Part shown: positions 10,153-20,870 of the stretch, in pieces | Position numbering within the stretch: position 1 is the first letter of the stretch | Layout of the letters: every line of letters begins with the position of its first letter | Origin: an uncultured virus (IMG/VR IMGVR_UViG_3300027418_000007) | Taxonomy: Duplodnaviria; Heunggongvirae; Uroviricota; Caudoviricetes | DNA: 64,000 nucleotides | IMG/VR virus record: IMGVR_UViG_3300027418_000007 | Reading direction: 5' to 3' (one strand) | The notes under the pieces: generated by a model | The model's database searches: none | What the model was told of the DNA's origin: nothing | Seen by the model: the letters and a program-made list of their open reading frames with translations, nothing else | Translations under genes and position numbers: made by a program

Positions 10153-11364
10153 ATGTCTGCCATACACGGAGTAAACTATGGGGCACCCACACTAGATCTT
10201 AACTTTGCCAAGAACAAGAGTCTTATTGATACTGTAACTGGTAGAAATCTTATAACTTTTACTAGATCCCAAACAGCAAGAGAAGCAACTTATGTGGGTG
10301 CTGATGGTCTTATTAAGACTGCTGCTGCTAATGAACCAAGATTCGATCACAACCCGACAACGGGGGAAAGCCTTGGGTTGTTAGTGGAGGAGGCAAGGAC
10401 GAACATCATCGTTAGTTCATCGGTCTTCAATACGGGCTCATGGACCGAAGACGGTGTTGTACTAACTGCCAATGCTGGTGTGGCCCCTGATGGCACAACA
10501 ACGGCAACGTCTGTTTCACAAGGAACAGGAAGCAACCGTTGTTATCACTTTGATAACAATGGAGCTGGCTCCAAAACTTTGACTGTTTTTGCTAAATCAA
10601 ATGCAGGAAGTTCCATTACACTTTCTGGTAATTTATCTTATGGCACAAATTCTATTGGATCTGCTGTTTTAAACACTGCTAATGGCGCTATTTCCACTGC
10701 CTTGGGATGCTCTTCTGTTGCATTTCCCAATGGATGGTATAGATTTATTATTCCTATTTTTGTAGGCGCTGGATCAGGCAATTCAAACTATTTAAGTATA
10801 ACTGGACCCGCGTCATCAGTCTTTCTCTGGGGCGTACAAATTGAAGCAGGCTCCTTCCCCACCTCCTACATCCCCACCACTTCCGCCACCGTAACCCGCG
10901 CTGCTGATGTGGCGAGCATTACGGGGACTAACTTTTCAAGTTGGTATCGGCAGGATGAGGGGACTGTTTTTTGCCAAGGCATTAGCAATTCCGTGTCTAA
11001 TAGTGCCTACTGGACCCTGCAAGGTACTTCGTCAAACGGAGCATCGGTTCTTGTTTATCCTGCAAATAACTTGACCTATCAAGTGGTAAATAGTTCATTC
11101 CAGGTTAACTCATCTTTTGCTTCATATCCTGCTGTCGCTAGCGTTAAAACAGCAGCGGCAATCAAGTTAAATAATTTTGCAGTTGTTGCCAATGGGGGAA
11201 CAATAACGTCGGACACGTCTGGGACAGTTCCTGCTGCAACCAGTTTCGTGATCGGCAATTATCTAGGCGGTGGCACGTCTTATGACTATTCCGGCACCAT
11301 CGCCCGCCTCACCTTCTACCCAACAAGACTTCAAGATTCTCAGTTACAACAACTCACTAAATAG
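10153..11364 (+). CDS. Virion spike/fibre protein with putative carbohydrate-binding domains, paralogue A
   Basis: TFTR...EPRFDH...GLLVEEARTN, NGWYR, WGVQIEAGSFPTSYIPT and TRAAD motifs. Confidence 0.7.
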   Translation: MSAIHGVNYGAPTLDLNFAKNKSLIDTVTGRNLITFTRSQTAREATYVGADGLIKTAAANEPRFDHNPTTGESLGLLVEEARTNIIVSSSVFNTGSWTEDGVVLTANAGVAPDGTTTATSVSQGTGSNRCYHFDNNGAGSKTLTVFAKSNAGSSITLSGNLSYGTNSIGSAVLNTANGAISTALGCSSVAFPNGWYRFIIPIFVGAGSGNSNYLSITGPASSVFLWGVQIEAGSFPTSYIPTTSATVTRAADVASITGTNFSSWYRQDEGTVFCQGISNSVSNSAYWTLQGTSSNGASVLVYPANNLTYQVVNSSFQVNSSFASYPAVASVKTAAAIKLNNFAVVANGGTITSDTSGTVPAATSFVIGNYLGGGTSYDYSGTIARLTFYPTRLQDSQLQQLTK

Positions 11365-11572
11365 AATCAAAAAGATATATGGCAATTGTATACGGTGCAA
11401 ACTACGGAAGACCCACACTAGATCTTAACTTTGCCAAGAACAAGAGTCTTATTGACACCATAAGTGGTAGAAATCTTGTTACTTTTACTAGATCCCAAAC
11501 AGCAAGAGAAGCAACTTATGTGGGTGCTGATGGTCTTATTAAGACTGCTGCTGCTAATGAACCAAGATTCGA
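10255..11572 (+). repeat. Direct repeat pair: 10255-10346 identical to 11481-11572 (92 nt)
   Basis: Read directly. Also 10185-10229 = 11411-11455, and 10885-10947 matches 12228-12290 with 3 mismatches. Confidence 0.9.
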
Positions 11573-12731
11573 CCACAACCCAACAACGGGGGAAAGTCTT
11601 GGGTTGTTGGTGGAGGAGGCGAGGACGAACCTGATCAAAAGCTCCAACAATTTTATATTTAATGATTGGCATTTTACTCAATGCCAGATGACGCCAAATG
11701 CTGTGGCAGCACCGGATGGAACGCAAACCGCTGCGTTGATCCAACAAACCAATGGTACTTCTACTCGGCAATTTATCTGCACTTCTTACTCTGTACCAAG
11801 TACCGGATCATCTTGGACTGCTTCTGTATTTGTTAAAAAGTTTAACTACGACTATGTTATCTTTGGGGCAGGAGATGAGGATTCTGGTTCAAGAGGAAGC
11901 AGGTTTGGATACCTTCAAGCTCAACTGCTTTTTCAGTTTTCTACCAAAACGTTAACTGTTAACCCGTCTACCAATTGGGGCGGAGTCGTAACAGGCTCTG
12001 GATATGAAGAGCTTTCCAACGGTTGGTTCAGGCTTTGGGTGTCTAAAGCATCCTTTCCTAGAGCGAACTACTGGGGGATTTCTGTGCAGCAAACCCTTAC
12101 CGGGAGTTTAGAGACCGGCGGGGATCTTAACCTTGTAACCGGCGACGGCAGTTCGGGGGTGTACTTCTGGGGAATGCAATGGGAATCTGGGGGGTTTAAG
12201 ACATCTCACATTCCAACTCCGACCAGCGCCACCGTCACCCGCGCTGCTGATGTGGCAAGCATTACGGGGACTAACTTTTCGAGTTGGTATAACAACAGTG
12301 AAGGGACTTTTTTAGCTACTATTCCCGCTGTTTCATTAACATACAACCTTCGTTATCTTATTGATTGTGGCAGCTCTGCAACCAGTGGCGCTGGTGCATC
12401 GGGACATGTACTTTTCGGAAACCTAAACAATACTAATGTGGCTGGTGGCGTTACAGATGTGTCTAACGATTCAGTGGCTGGCCCGTCTGCCGCTTATACC
12501 GGCAACATTGTGCGAGTTAGCTACGCTTACAAAGTAAATAATTTTAATGCAGCCGTAAACGGTACACTTGGAACGCTAGACACAAGCGGAGCAATTCCAA
12601 CACTGGGCGCTCAGCAATTAGTTATTGGTTCAAGATTTAATGGAACTTTTTACATTAACAGAACCATCGCCCGCCTCACCTACTACCCCGTCCGCTTACC
12701 CGACGCCACCCTCCAAACCCTCACAAAATAA
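11379..12731 (+). CDS. Virion spike/fibre protein with putative carbohydrate-binding domains, paralogue B
   Basis: Same motifs as 10153-11364, with identical DNA blocks shared between the two genes. Confidence 0.7.
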   Translation: MAIVYGANYGRPTLDLNFAKNKSLIDTISGRNLVTFTRSQTAREATYVGADGLIKTAAANEPRFDHNPTTGESLGLLVEEARTNLIKSSNNFIFNDWHFTQCQMTPNAVAAPDGTQTAALIQQTNGTSTRQFICTSYSVPSTGSSWTASVFVKKFNYDYVIFGAGDEDSGSRGSRFGYLQAQLLFQFSTKTLTVNPSTNWGGVVTGSGYEELSNGWFRLWVSKASFPRANYWGISVQQTLTGSLETGGDLNLVTGDGSSGVYFWGMQWESGGFKTSHIPTPTSATVTRAADVASITGTNFSSWYNNSEGTFLATIPAVSLTYNLRYLIDCGSSATSGAGASGHVLFGNLNNTNVAGGVTDVSNDSVAGPSAAYTGNIVRVSYAYKVNNFNAAVNGTLGTLDTSGAIPTLGAQQLVIGSRFNGTFYINRTIARLTYYPVRLPDATLQTLTK

Positions 12732-12787
12732 AAATGTTAGAGTCTTTGCCTGATGATAAATACTAATATGCATATTGTAGAGTAGAG

Positions 12788-14728
12788 ATGTCTCAGTTTA
12801 ATAATATTAAAATTACTCCAAATGTAGGTGCTACTGGTGTAGGAACTAATCCAAAGATTGAGTTTACCGGTGCAGGTAATTCCACGATTACTCTACAAGT
12901 ATCCAGTGCTTCTACTGGTGGTTTATTATTTTATGGTGCAAATGGTGAGATGCTATCCATTGTGGATGCACCAGAAACATTTCCTTCATTTTCGGTAAAT
13001 GATCGTTTTAGTATTCCAATTATTGAAGCATATCCAAGTGGTAACGTATTTTTATCATCATATCCGGGATATCAAGTAGGTATTGGAACTACAGGATTCT
13101 CTCAGTCAAATTATAAGTTTGAGGTTTATGGTGGATTAAAGGTTGATGATATTAGTAGTGGATCCGGTAAGTTTAATGCAAATATTTCAAGAAGTATTGT
13201 TGCATCACCGACTGGTGTTCTAAATCCTATTCTTACATTACCATCAACAGCAAATAAAGACTATATTATACACTCAATTAGTGTGGCAAATAAGGCACGA
13301 TATCAACCAGCAGGAGCAGGAGCAACTGTTGGTATTAATACTTTGGCAGGTGCCGTGACTAGAATTGTAACGGGTGGTGTTGGAACTGGATATACGGCAG
13401 GAGATGTATTTGTCAGTATGGGAACCACTGATTTATTAAATCGTATTTGTGGTCTTGTTGGAATTGCGACAACTTCTTTCGTTGGTGTAGGAACAACCGG
13501 AGATCCTGCCTATGCCGGTATCACAAGTGCGATTGGTATTGTAACGGCAGTCTCTGGTGGTGCAATTACTGGTGTTGCACTGACTTATAATGGATTTGGA
13601 TATACTACACCACCCGTTGTAACATTCCAAAGTCCGGTTGCGGGAGGAACAACAGAAACTGGAACCGCAGTATTAACACTTGGAGAAGTCACTGCAGCAT
13701 ATCTTAATGTGCCGGGAGAAGGTTATACAATTCCACCAAATGTTTCAATTGCTTCAACCACTGGAATTGGCGTACAAATTACTAGTGATGTGGATAGTGA
13801 TGGAAAAGTTATAAGGTTGAATTTACTCAATAGAGGTTATGGATATTCTAAATTAAATCAATTTGGAAACAGTGAGGAGAATGAGGTTTATATTTCACAA
13901 CCGGGACTTGCAAAAACAGAAGTCGGTGTGGATATAATGTATCGTAGAGCACCAGTTGGAACGGCAAATACAATTGATGCTTATATTGCCTTTGATGTTC
14001 CTATTCCTGTTGGTGGTGTGCTTGAAGTTCTTAAGCAACCGGCAGTTATGAATCCAAATGATTCAATTCATATTCGTGGTGTAGATGTGTATGGATCTGG
14101 ACTTTCTGATGCAATAGATGTTCATATTGCCTATGAAGAAGAGAATAGCACTGCATTTGTTGGGTTGAGTACCGCACTTGGTTCTACAATTGGTCTGGGA
14201 GTAAGTGTATCGGGTACACTTCTCAGTGCAACAACCAATCCAATTCTTCTACAGTCCCTAAGACTTACAAATACCGAATTTGTGGGAGATTATGATACTT
14301 CTGTAAAAATCGTCAGTGACCGCACAATTGCTTCACTTGCATCAACTGCGGCATCTAGTGCAACAACATTCTTTGTTGCCGGTGGCATTAACAGCACCGT
14401 AGTTACTACTAACAGTATTGTAAGTATTGGAACGTTTATAGATAAAGCACCAATTACTGGAATTGGATCTACTTCATTTACTATTTCAAGAACAAGTCCA
14501 CTTTCAATTGCAGCAGGAACTGGCGTTACATTCTTTGTATTAGGTTATGATTCGGTTTATTTTGCAAGAAATCTAATGATTCCTGCATATGCATCCGTAG
14601 AACTTTTTGATATGCCGAAGAGATTAGAAAGATATTCTTCTCTTGTGATTGAAACTGATGTGGTTGGAATTGATCCAAATATTGCAAGTACGATTGACGT
14701 AGATTTATCTGGAAAAATTATCTATTAA
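12788..14728 (+). CDS. Virion structural/fibre-like protein
   Basis: 646 aa, G/T/V-rich with G.GYT..P.V repeats. Its N-terminal module resembles the FSVND module of the 1485 fibre. GATAAATA late promoter at 12755. Confidence 0.65.
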   Translation: MSQFNNIKITPNVGATGVGTNPKIEFTGAGNSTITLQVSSASTGGLLFYGANGEMLSIVDAPETFPSFSVNDRFSIPIIEAYPSGNVFLSSYPGYQVGIGTTGFSQSNYKFEVYGGLKVDDISSGSGKFNANISRSIVASPTGVLNPILTLPSTANKDYIIHSISVANKARYQPAGAGATVGINTLAGAVTRIVTGGVGTGYTAGDVFVSMGTTDLLNRICGLVGIATTSFVGVGTTGDPAYAGITSAIGIVTAVSGGAITGVALTYNGFGYTTPPVVTFQSPVAGGTTETGTAVLTLGEVTAAYLNVPGEGYTIPPNVSIASTTGIGVQITSDVDSDGKVIRLNLLNRGYGYSKLNQFGNSEENEVYISQPGLAKTEVGVDIMYRRAPVGTANTIDAYIAFDVPIPVGGVLEVLKQPAVMNPNDSIHIRGVDVYGSGLSDAIDVHIAYEEENSTAFVGLSTALGSTIGLGVSVSGTLLSATTNPILLQSLRLTNTEFVGDYDTSVKIVSDRTIASLASTAASSATTFFVAGGINSTVVTTNSIVSIGTFIDKAPITGIGSTSFTISRTSPLSIAAGTGVTFFVLGYDSVYFARNLMIPAYASVELFDMPKRLERYSSLVIETDVVGIDPNIASTIDVDLSGKIIY

Positions 14729-14732
14729 AATA

Positions 14733-15389
14733 ATGAGTATCTTTATAGCATTACCTTGTTATGGTGGTTTGGTTTGTGAAAAGACCACGATGAGTTTGTT
14801 TAATCTTGGTAAACTCTTTGTTAGAGAAGGAGTTCCTCACGGATTATTTACAGTTGCAAACTCTTCTTTGATTAGTCAAGGAAGAAGTAAGATTGCCAAC
14901 TTCTTTCTAAATAACACAGATCACGAATATCTATTTTTTCTTGATAGTGATATTGGATTTGACCCTGCTTCAGTATTAAAACTTTTGAGTTCTGGTAAGG
15001 ATATTACTGCTGCTCCATATCCGATGAAATCTATTCCTTTAAGGTATAACTATAAAACCGCAGTTCCAGAGGAACGTCAAGGAGATTTGATAAAGATAGA
15101 ACATAATGGAATGGGGTTTGTAATGATTCATCGTAAAGTATTTTATGATATTGCTGCTGCTTATCCTGAACTAAAATATTATCCTTCACTTGATGATAGT
15201 AATGTAAAACCAAGTGAGGCAGAATATCATAACTCATATCATTACTTTTTGGAACATAAAAATGGACCTACCTTTATGCCAGAAGACATTAGTTTCTTTT
15301 GGAGAGCACGAAGTTTAGGTTATGAGTGTTGGTTAGATACAAGTATTCATTTATCTCATACAGGATCACATCTTTTTGAGGAGAAGTAA
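14733..15389 (+). CDS. Glycosyltransferase-like protein (GT-A fold)
   Basis: IALPCYGG, FLDSD (DxD), GMGF, ED and LSHTG motifs; distant paralogue of 8150-8884. Confidence 0.7.
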   Translation: MSIFIALPCYGGLVCEKTTMSLFNLGKLFVREGVPHGLFTVANSSLISQGRSKIANFFLNNTDHEYLFFLDSDIGFDPASVLKLLSSGKDITAAPYPMKSIPLRYNYKTAVPEERQGDLIKIEHNGMGFVMIHRKVFYDIAAAYPELKYYPSLDDSNVKPSEAEYHNSYHYFLEHKNGPTFMPEDISFFWRARSLGYECWLDTSIHLSHTGSHLFEEK

Positions 15390-18307
15390 TGGCAGACATT
15401 AGAACTAATATCTTTGGTATTGGTGAGGTTTACGAACTCCAAAAGGAAGGGCAGTGGGTAGAAAGAAATAGAGAGTCTTATAGAGAGTTTGGGTATTTTG
15501 CAGGAGGTAATGATGGTGTAGTGGGATCTAGTTATAGTGGTGTTAATCGAATTGATTTTTCAAATGATACCGCAACATCAAATTCAAGAGCAATACTTGC
15601 AATCGAAGGTCGTTATCTTTCTGGGGTAAATAATAAAAATTATGGTTATATGAGTGGGGAATCTAATCTGGGACTTTTCAATAAATTTAATTTTGCAAAT
15701 GAAACTTCAACTAGTATTGGATATTTAGTACCTGGTACAAATATTGGATATACTGGTAATTTATCTAATCCTAATTTTGGTTATTTTTGTGGAGGAGATT
15801 ACACTGTTCCTGGAGCAACAAGCACTGTAAGAAGAATTAATTTTTCAAATGATACTGCACTATTATCCAATAGAGGTAATCAAACACAAAATAGAAACTT
15901 ATGTGCCGGAGCAGGAAATTCTAATTTTGGTTATTTAAATGGTTCAAGAAATAATCCACAGTCTTCTGTTGATCGTATTGATTATTCAAATGATAGTGTG
16001 CTGTGTCGTGTTCGTGGTCCAATGTCTTTTGGAACCGAACATAGGGGTAATAAAGCAGGAAATTCAAATTTTGGGTGGTTTACTAATAGTTATTCTGCAA
16101 CATATGTCCAAAGAATATCTTATGCAAATGATTTAGTTTCTGCTAGTGTTCGTGGAAATACAAATTCAACATATAGTGCTAATGATATAGGAAATGGTAA
16201 TTTTTCTATTTGTTATAGAAGTGGTTCAAGTCCACTCGAAAAAGTTGATTATTCTAATGATACAGTTTTAGCATCCACAAGAGGTAATTTGCATCCACAA
16301 AGATTCGGAGAAGCATCTATGTGTGCATCATCATTCGGTGGTTCTCCTGTTTCGTATCTTGGAGCACCTTGGACTGCTACTGCTCCTTTTGGTTATTTTG
16401 GTGGTGGGAGAAATACTCAACTTTCTATTGTAGATCGCATAGATTATACTAATGATACAACAACAGCATCAGTAAGAGGTCCATTAACTTTAGCAAGATA
16501 TGGATTAGCAGCAACAGGAAATTCTAACTTTGGGTATTTTGGTGGAGGATTTAATAGTCCCCCTTTAGAATCTACAGTAGACCGCATAGATTATTCAAAT
16601 GATTTATCATCTGCGTTATTAAAAGGTCCATTAACTATTGCAAGACATAGAATATCAGCAACTGGAAACTCCAACTTTGGATATTTTATTGGGGGAGGCA
16701 CTGTAAATGGAAGTCAAAGATCAACTGTAGATCGTGTTAATTATGTAAACGACAGTGTTGTTACATCATCTAGAGGTCCATTAAGTGCAATAAAAACTGC
16801 TGGATCTGCAACTGGAAACTCTAACTTTGGATATTATACTGGAGGAGTTGGAGCACCTGGAAATATTGCATTAACTATAACCGATAGGATGGACTATTCA
16901 AATGATACCTCAACATCTTCTTCCAGAGGACCATTAAATGCAGCAAGAACTTATATGTCTGCATCTGGAGCTCAAAATTTTGGTTATGTGTTTGGTGGGA
17001 GAGATGGTGCTAATAATAAATTATCTTCGATAGAAAGAATAAATTATACAAATGATACTTCTACTGCAGCATTTAGAGGTAATCTTGCAACTGCTGACAT
17101 GTTTAGAACTGGAGCAACAAGTAGTTCTAATTTTGGATATATTGGTGGTTATGGGGATCCAGGACAATTCTCTACAGTAAATCGTTTGGATTATACAAAT
17201 GATACTCAAACTGCATCTGTTAGAGGTCCATTAAGTTCAGCAAGATATGAGACTGCAGCATCATCCTCACAAGCATACGGAGGTGCTCCAAATACCACGG
17301 TGGATCCACTTCCTTCTTATATTCGTGCGGCAACAAAATGGATTGATTCTAATACTTTAGACTTGCCATTTAAGAGAGTACTGGGGTCTTATGGGTATTT
17401 TTATGGAGGAATTACTTATTCTAATATTCATAGAATAGATTTTTCAAATGACACAACACTAGTAACTAGACCAATTCTAACTGCGAATCTTTCTACACAA
17501 GAATTTATGTGTGGATTTGGAAATAATAATTATGGATATGCTGCCGGTGGTGGAGCATTTTCCTATCCATCCACATCATTAATTCAAAGAATAGATTATA
17601 GTAATGATTCTTCATCATCTTCTATTCGTGGAAGCTTGAGTGTATCTAGAGGAGCAATATCAGGTTCTTTTTCAAATAATAACTATGGATATGTGGGGGG
17701 AGGATTCCAAACTGGTGTGGGTTTTAAAAGCACAGTTGATAGGTTAGATTTTTCAAATGATTTGAATACTGCTATAACCAAAGGAAGTTTATCTCTGGCA
17801 AGAAGTTCTATGTCTGGTATGGTTTTTGGAAATACATTTGGATATTTTGGTAGTGGTGGATCTGGTGCAACTGCTAGTGGATATTTTGAAGGTGATACAA
17901 CAATTATTAATAGAGTTTCATTTAGTAATGATATAATTACCACACCATTAAGAGGAAAAATGACTGTCCAAAGGGGAAGATATGCAACATCATATAATAG
18001 TAACTATGGTTGGTTTGCTGGTGGTAGAGTTCCTGGTGCTCCAAATGGAGTTATAGTTACTTCAGTGGAAAGAATAGATTTTTCAAATGATTTGATAACA
18101 AATTCTACAAGAGGTTCATTAAATGAAGTTAAGAATTATTTTGCAGGAACAGGAAATGAAACATATGGTTGGTTTTCTATGGGAGAAGGAAGTTCCAAAA
18201 TTGAAAGAATAAATTATTCTAACGATTTGGTTGCTGCAAGTATAAGGCAGACAAATGCTCCATATGTTTCACTGTCAATAGGAACAACCAACGCAAGATC
18301 CTCATAA
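15389..18307 (+). CDS. Kelch-like triple beta-propeller protein, paralogue 1
   Basis: About 48-aa repeats ATGNSNFGYFGGG...VDRIDYSND...RGPL..AR in three blocks separated by linkers. Confidence 0.75.
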   Translation: MADIRTNIFGIGEVYELQKEGQWVERNRESYREFGYFAGGNDGVVGSSYSGVNRIDFSNDTATSNSRAILAIEGRYLSGVNNKNYGYMSGESNLGLFNKFNFANETSTSIGYLVPGTNIGYTGNLSNPNFGYFCGGDYTVPGATSTVRRINFSNDTALLSNRGNQTQNRNLCAGAGNSNFGYLNGSRNNPQSSVDRIDYSNDSVLCRVRGPMSFGTEHRGNKAGNSNFGWFTNSYSATYVQRISYANDLVSASVRGNTNSTYSANDIGNGNFSICYRSGSSPLEKVDYSNDTVLASTRGNLHPQRFGEASMCASSFGGSPVSYLGAPWTATAPFGYFGGGRNTQLSIVDRIDYTNDTTTASVRGPLTLARYGLAATGNSNFGYFGGGFNSPPLESTVDRIDYSNDLSSALLKGPLTIARHRISATGNSNFGYFIGGGTVNGSQRSTVDRVNYVNDSVVTSSRGPLSAIKTAGSATGNSNFGYYTGGVGAPGNIALTITDRMDYSNDTSTSSSRGPLNAARTYMSASGAQNFGYVFGGRDGANNKLSSIERINYTNDTSTAAFRGNLATADMFRTGATSSSNFGYIGGYGDPGQFSTVNRLDYTNDTQTASVRGPLSSARYETAASSSQAYGGAPNTTVDPLPSYIRAATKWIDSNTLDLPFKRVLGSYGYFYGGITYSNIHRIDFSNDTTLVTRPILTANLSTQEFMCGFGNNNYGYAAGGGAFSYPSTSLIQRIDYSNDSSSSSIRGSLSVSRGAISGSFSNNNYGYVGGGFQTGVGFKSTVDRLDFSNDLNTAITKGSLSLARSSMSGMVFGNTFGYFGSGGSGATASGYFEGDTTIINRVSFSNDIITTPLRGKMTVQRGRYATSYNSNYGWFAGGRVPGAPNGVIVTSVERIDFSNDLITNSTRGSLNEVKNYFAGTGNETYGWFSMGEGSSKIERINYSNDLVAASIRQTNAPYVSLSIGTTNARSS

Positions 18308-18334
18308 ATATCAAAAACTACATTATCACTCATT

Positions 18335-19381
18335 ATGACTATATCAGGTGCAACTGAAACTGCATATCAATATCTTAATCAATATTACACATTCCCAGAG
18401 AACATTATAGTTTCTCATCTTCCACAAGAACTTAAAGATTCACAGAAACCAATCAAAATCTTGTGGGCCCATCATGCATACGATCAACAGGTATATCAAA
18501 ACTTCTCTCACGAACAAGTTACTCATATCGTAGGACCCTCAAACTTTGCGAAACAAACTCTACAACAGTTTCACAAAGTCCCACAAGAAAAAATTACAGT
18601 CATTCCAAATGGTGTAGATTCACAATACACCTATTCTAATCAAAAGAAAAAGCAACTGATCTATACTTCAATTCCTTATAAGGCACTTCCAGTTCTTGCA
18701 TCAGTCATTCCATTAGTTCATTCAATTCATCCTGATGCAAAGTTTAAGATCTTTTCATCAATGTCTCTTTATGGACCACAGAATGATCCATACTTTGAAC
18801 TCTACGATCATCTTAAGACTCTACCAAATGTAGAATACTCAAGAGCAATTGATAGAGAACAACTGATAACTCATTATCAACAATCAGCATTTTTCATATC
18901 CCCTTGTATCTGGGAAGAAACATTTGGTGTCTCAATGTGTGAAGCAATGAGATGTGGTGCTTATCCTATTGTCACGGACATTGGAGCATTAGAAGAAGTT
19001 GCTGGACCAAATTTAGCAACTGTGGTTCCTATTGAAGGACAAAGAACTGTAAAAGGATTTGAGGTCACCGAGAACTTTGTAAAACAGTTTGCAGAGGCAA
19101 CCTGTGTTGCATTAGATTACTTTGATAAAGATAGAAAGACTTATGATGAGGTCTCAAAGTCTTGTAGTGAGTGGGTTGTGAAGTCTTATGATTGGAAGAC
19201 TATTGCAGGTATGTGGAAGGACCTTGTGAGGGTTCTGGAGAGACATACAGTCACTTCTGGTAAGGGATTTGCAAATAAGATTGTAGAAAGAAAAGGTGAG
19301 ACTTATGTAGAAGATAAGGTTGTGGATGTGGTTCCTACTACCACAGGAAGTTATTTCAACTTCGCTAAATACAACAGATGA
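18335..19381 (+). CDS. Glycosyltransferase, GT-B fold (GT4 / Glycos_transf_1-like)
   Basis: VIPNGVD and EETFGVSMCEAMRCG (E-x7-E) plus GALEEV motifs; CATAAATA late promoter at 18303. Confidence 0.85.
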   Translation: MTISGATETAYQYLNQYYTFPENIIVSHLPQELKDSQKPIKILWAHHAYDQQVYQNFSHEQVTHIVGPSNFAKQTLQQFHKVPQEKITVIPNGVDSQYTYSNQKKKQLIYTSIPYKALPVLASVIPLVHSIHPDAKFKIFSSMSLYGPQNDPYFELYDHLKTLPNVEYSRAIDREQLITHYQQSAFFISPCIWEETFGVSMCEAMRCGAYPIVTDIGALEEVAGPNLATVVPIEGQRTVKGFEVTENFVKQFAEATCVALDYFDKDRKTYDEVSKSCSEWVVKSYDWKTIAGMWKDLVRVLERHTVTSGKGFANKIVERKGETYVEDKVVDVVPTTTGSYFNFAKYNR

Positions 19382-19407
19382 ATAACATTTAGAGGATTTT
19401 GAGTTTT

Positions 19408-20337
19408 ATGTCTATTTTACCTGAAAACAGTCTTGGTTTTATATCTGTAGAAGAAGCAGTTGGTGATAAGGCAAGTGAATACTTGGGAAAAGCATTTGAG
19501 AATGTTTACAAGTTTCACGAAATTGATAAGGAACTAGCACAAGGAAGAACAAATTTTCAGTTAGAAAAGTTTGCTCTGTTAGAGACTTATACACTTGAGA
19601 GTGCTTATGAAAGTGTTCTCAAGTCTCGTCGTCAAATGGCAGAAGGTCTTATGAGTAAGCTGCTTGAGATGCAGGAGAAAGTAAGAGAATTTGAATACAA
19701 GTGGAACGAAGAAGATAAGACCAAACCAATTAAATGGGAATGCACTGGTGGTGGTCCTGGTGGTGGTGGTAAGAAACTTTGTTGGTTTGATTTAGACCAG
19801 ATGCAACTAGAGCATTTCTTAAGGTCTAGTGAGCTTGAAGTTCGTGACCGTCTTTATCAAATGGAGCACCTTGATAAGATGCTTGCAGAACTTACCGAGC
19901 GTAATGGTGGTAAACCAGTAAGTAGAGAGCAATTCCTTGCGAACGAAGAAAACTATTGGAAGGCAAGGTTCTCCGAGCAGATGTTAGATGAAGTTTTAGG
20001 TTCTCAAATCGGTTGTAGCATTGGTAACATTCACAGTGTTCGTAGGTCTACTGCTCCTGCATTGATAGATCAACGAAATCAATTCAACGAAGGTTTCCCA
20101 TCACTTGGAGAAGCACTATCTTCTCCAGAAGGTCGTATGAAGTTTGTGAGTGAACTAGAGCAGAATGTGATTCGTGGTTATGAGGATGTAATGGGTGTTG
20201 ATCTGGGTGCTGGTAATTACTTAAAACCAGAAGAACGCAGAAAACTTGTGGAACAGAAGATGGAAGCATTCCGTCAGTTTAATCTCAAAGGTTCCCCAGA
20301 AACTCAATCACAAATCAAAGGAATTGTAGAAGAATAA
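19408..20337 (+). CDS. Hypothetical helical/coiled-coil protein
   Basis: E/K/L-rich ~309-aa ORF. ATG at 19408 preferred over TTG at 19399. Confidence 0.65.
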   Translation: MSILPENSLGFISVEEAVGDKASEYLGKAFENVYKFHEIDKELAQGRTNFQLEKFALLETYTLESAYESVLKSRRQMAEGLMSKLLEMQEKVREFEYKWNEEDKTKPIKWECTGGGPGGGGKKLCWFDLDQMQLEHFLRSSELEVRDRLYQMEHLDKMLAELTERNGGKPVSREQFLANEENYWKARFSEQMLDEVLGSQIGCSIGNIHSVRRSTAPALIDQRNQFNEGFPSLGEALSSPEGRMKFVSELEQNVIRGYEDVMGVDLGAGNYLKPEERRKLVEQKMEAFRQFNLKGSPETQSQIKGIVEE

Positions 20338-20346
20338 GATTTTGAG

Positions 20347-20850
20347 ATGAGACAAAAAATTATAATCGTCGATAATTTTCTTGACGAACCTTTGACTTAT
20401 AAAAACTCCAATCAATTAGGGCCAACGGAAGAGATCTCAAATAAGATCTCTCATATTCTTCAATTCAATACTTCGATCATTCCGGCAGCAATCAATATTC
20501 CCGAAACAGAAATCACGGCAAATTATAACTTTGATTATATTGGTATTTTGTATCTTGACTTTCCAACAGAATGTGTGAATAAGACTGGTGTTTCCTTTTG
20601 GATACACAAAGAAACACAAGATGAAGAACTTCCAAATCAAACTAAAATGAAATGGATGGGATTACAGAGTATGGAAGAGGTTGAGAAGTCTTATGATGTA
20701 AGTAAGAAAGAAAACTGGGAAAGTTATATGAATTACTTTGTAAAATATAATCGATTGATTTTATTTGATGCTCGATTGTTTCATTCTTATGGGAATGAGA
20801 GTGATTGTAGAAAGTTCTTGATAGAGATCCAGAAACTAAATAATCAATAA
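20347..20850 (+). CDS. 2OG-Fe(II) oxygenase-like protein, possibly degenerate
   Basis: IIIVDNF, ILYL, G.SFW.HK and YNRLILFD...FHS shared with 23729-24352; no HxD visible. Confidence 0.6.
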   Translation: MRQKIIIVDNFLDEPLTYKNSNQLGPTEEISNKISHILQFNTSIIPAAINIPETEITANYNFDYIGILYLDFPTECVNKTGVSFWIHKETQDEELPNQTKMKWMGLQSMEEVEKSYDVSKKENWESYMNYFVKYNRLILFDARLFHSYGNESDCRKFLIEIQKLNNQ

Positions 20851-20870
20851 TAGAGTTTTTGTGGATTATA

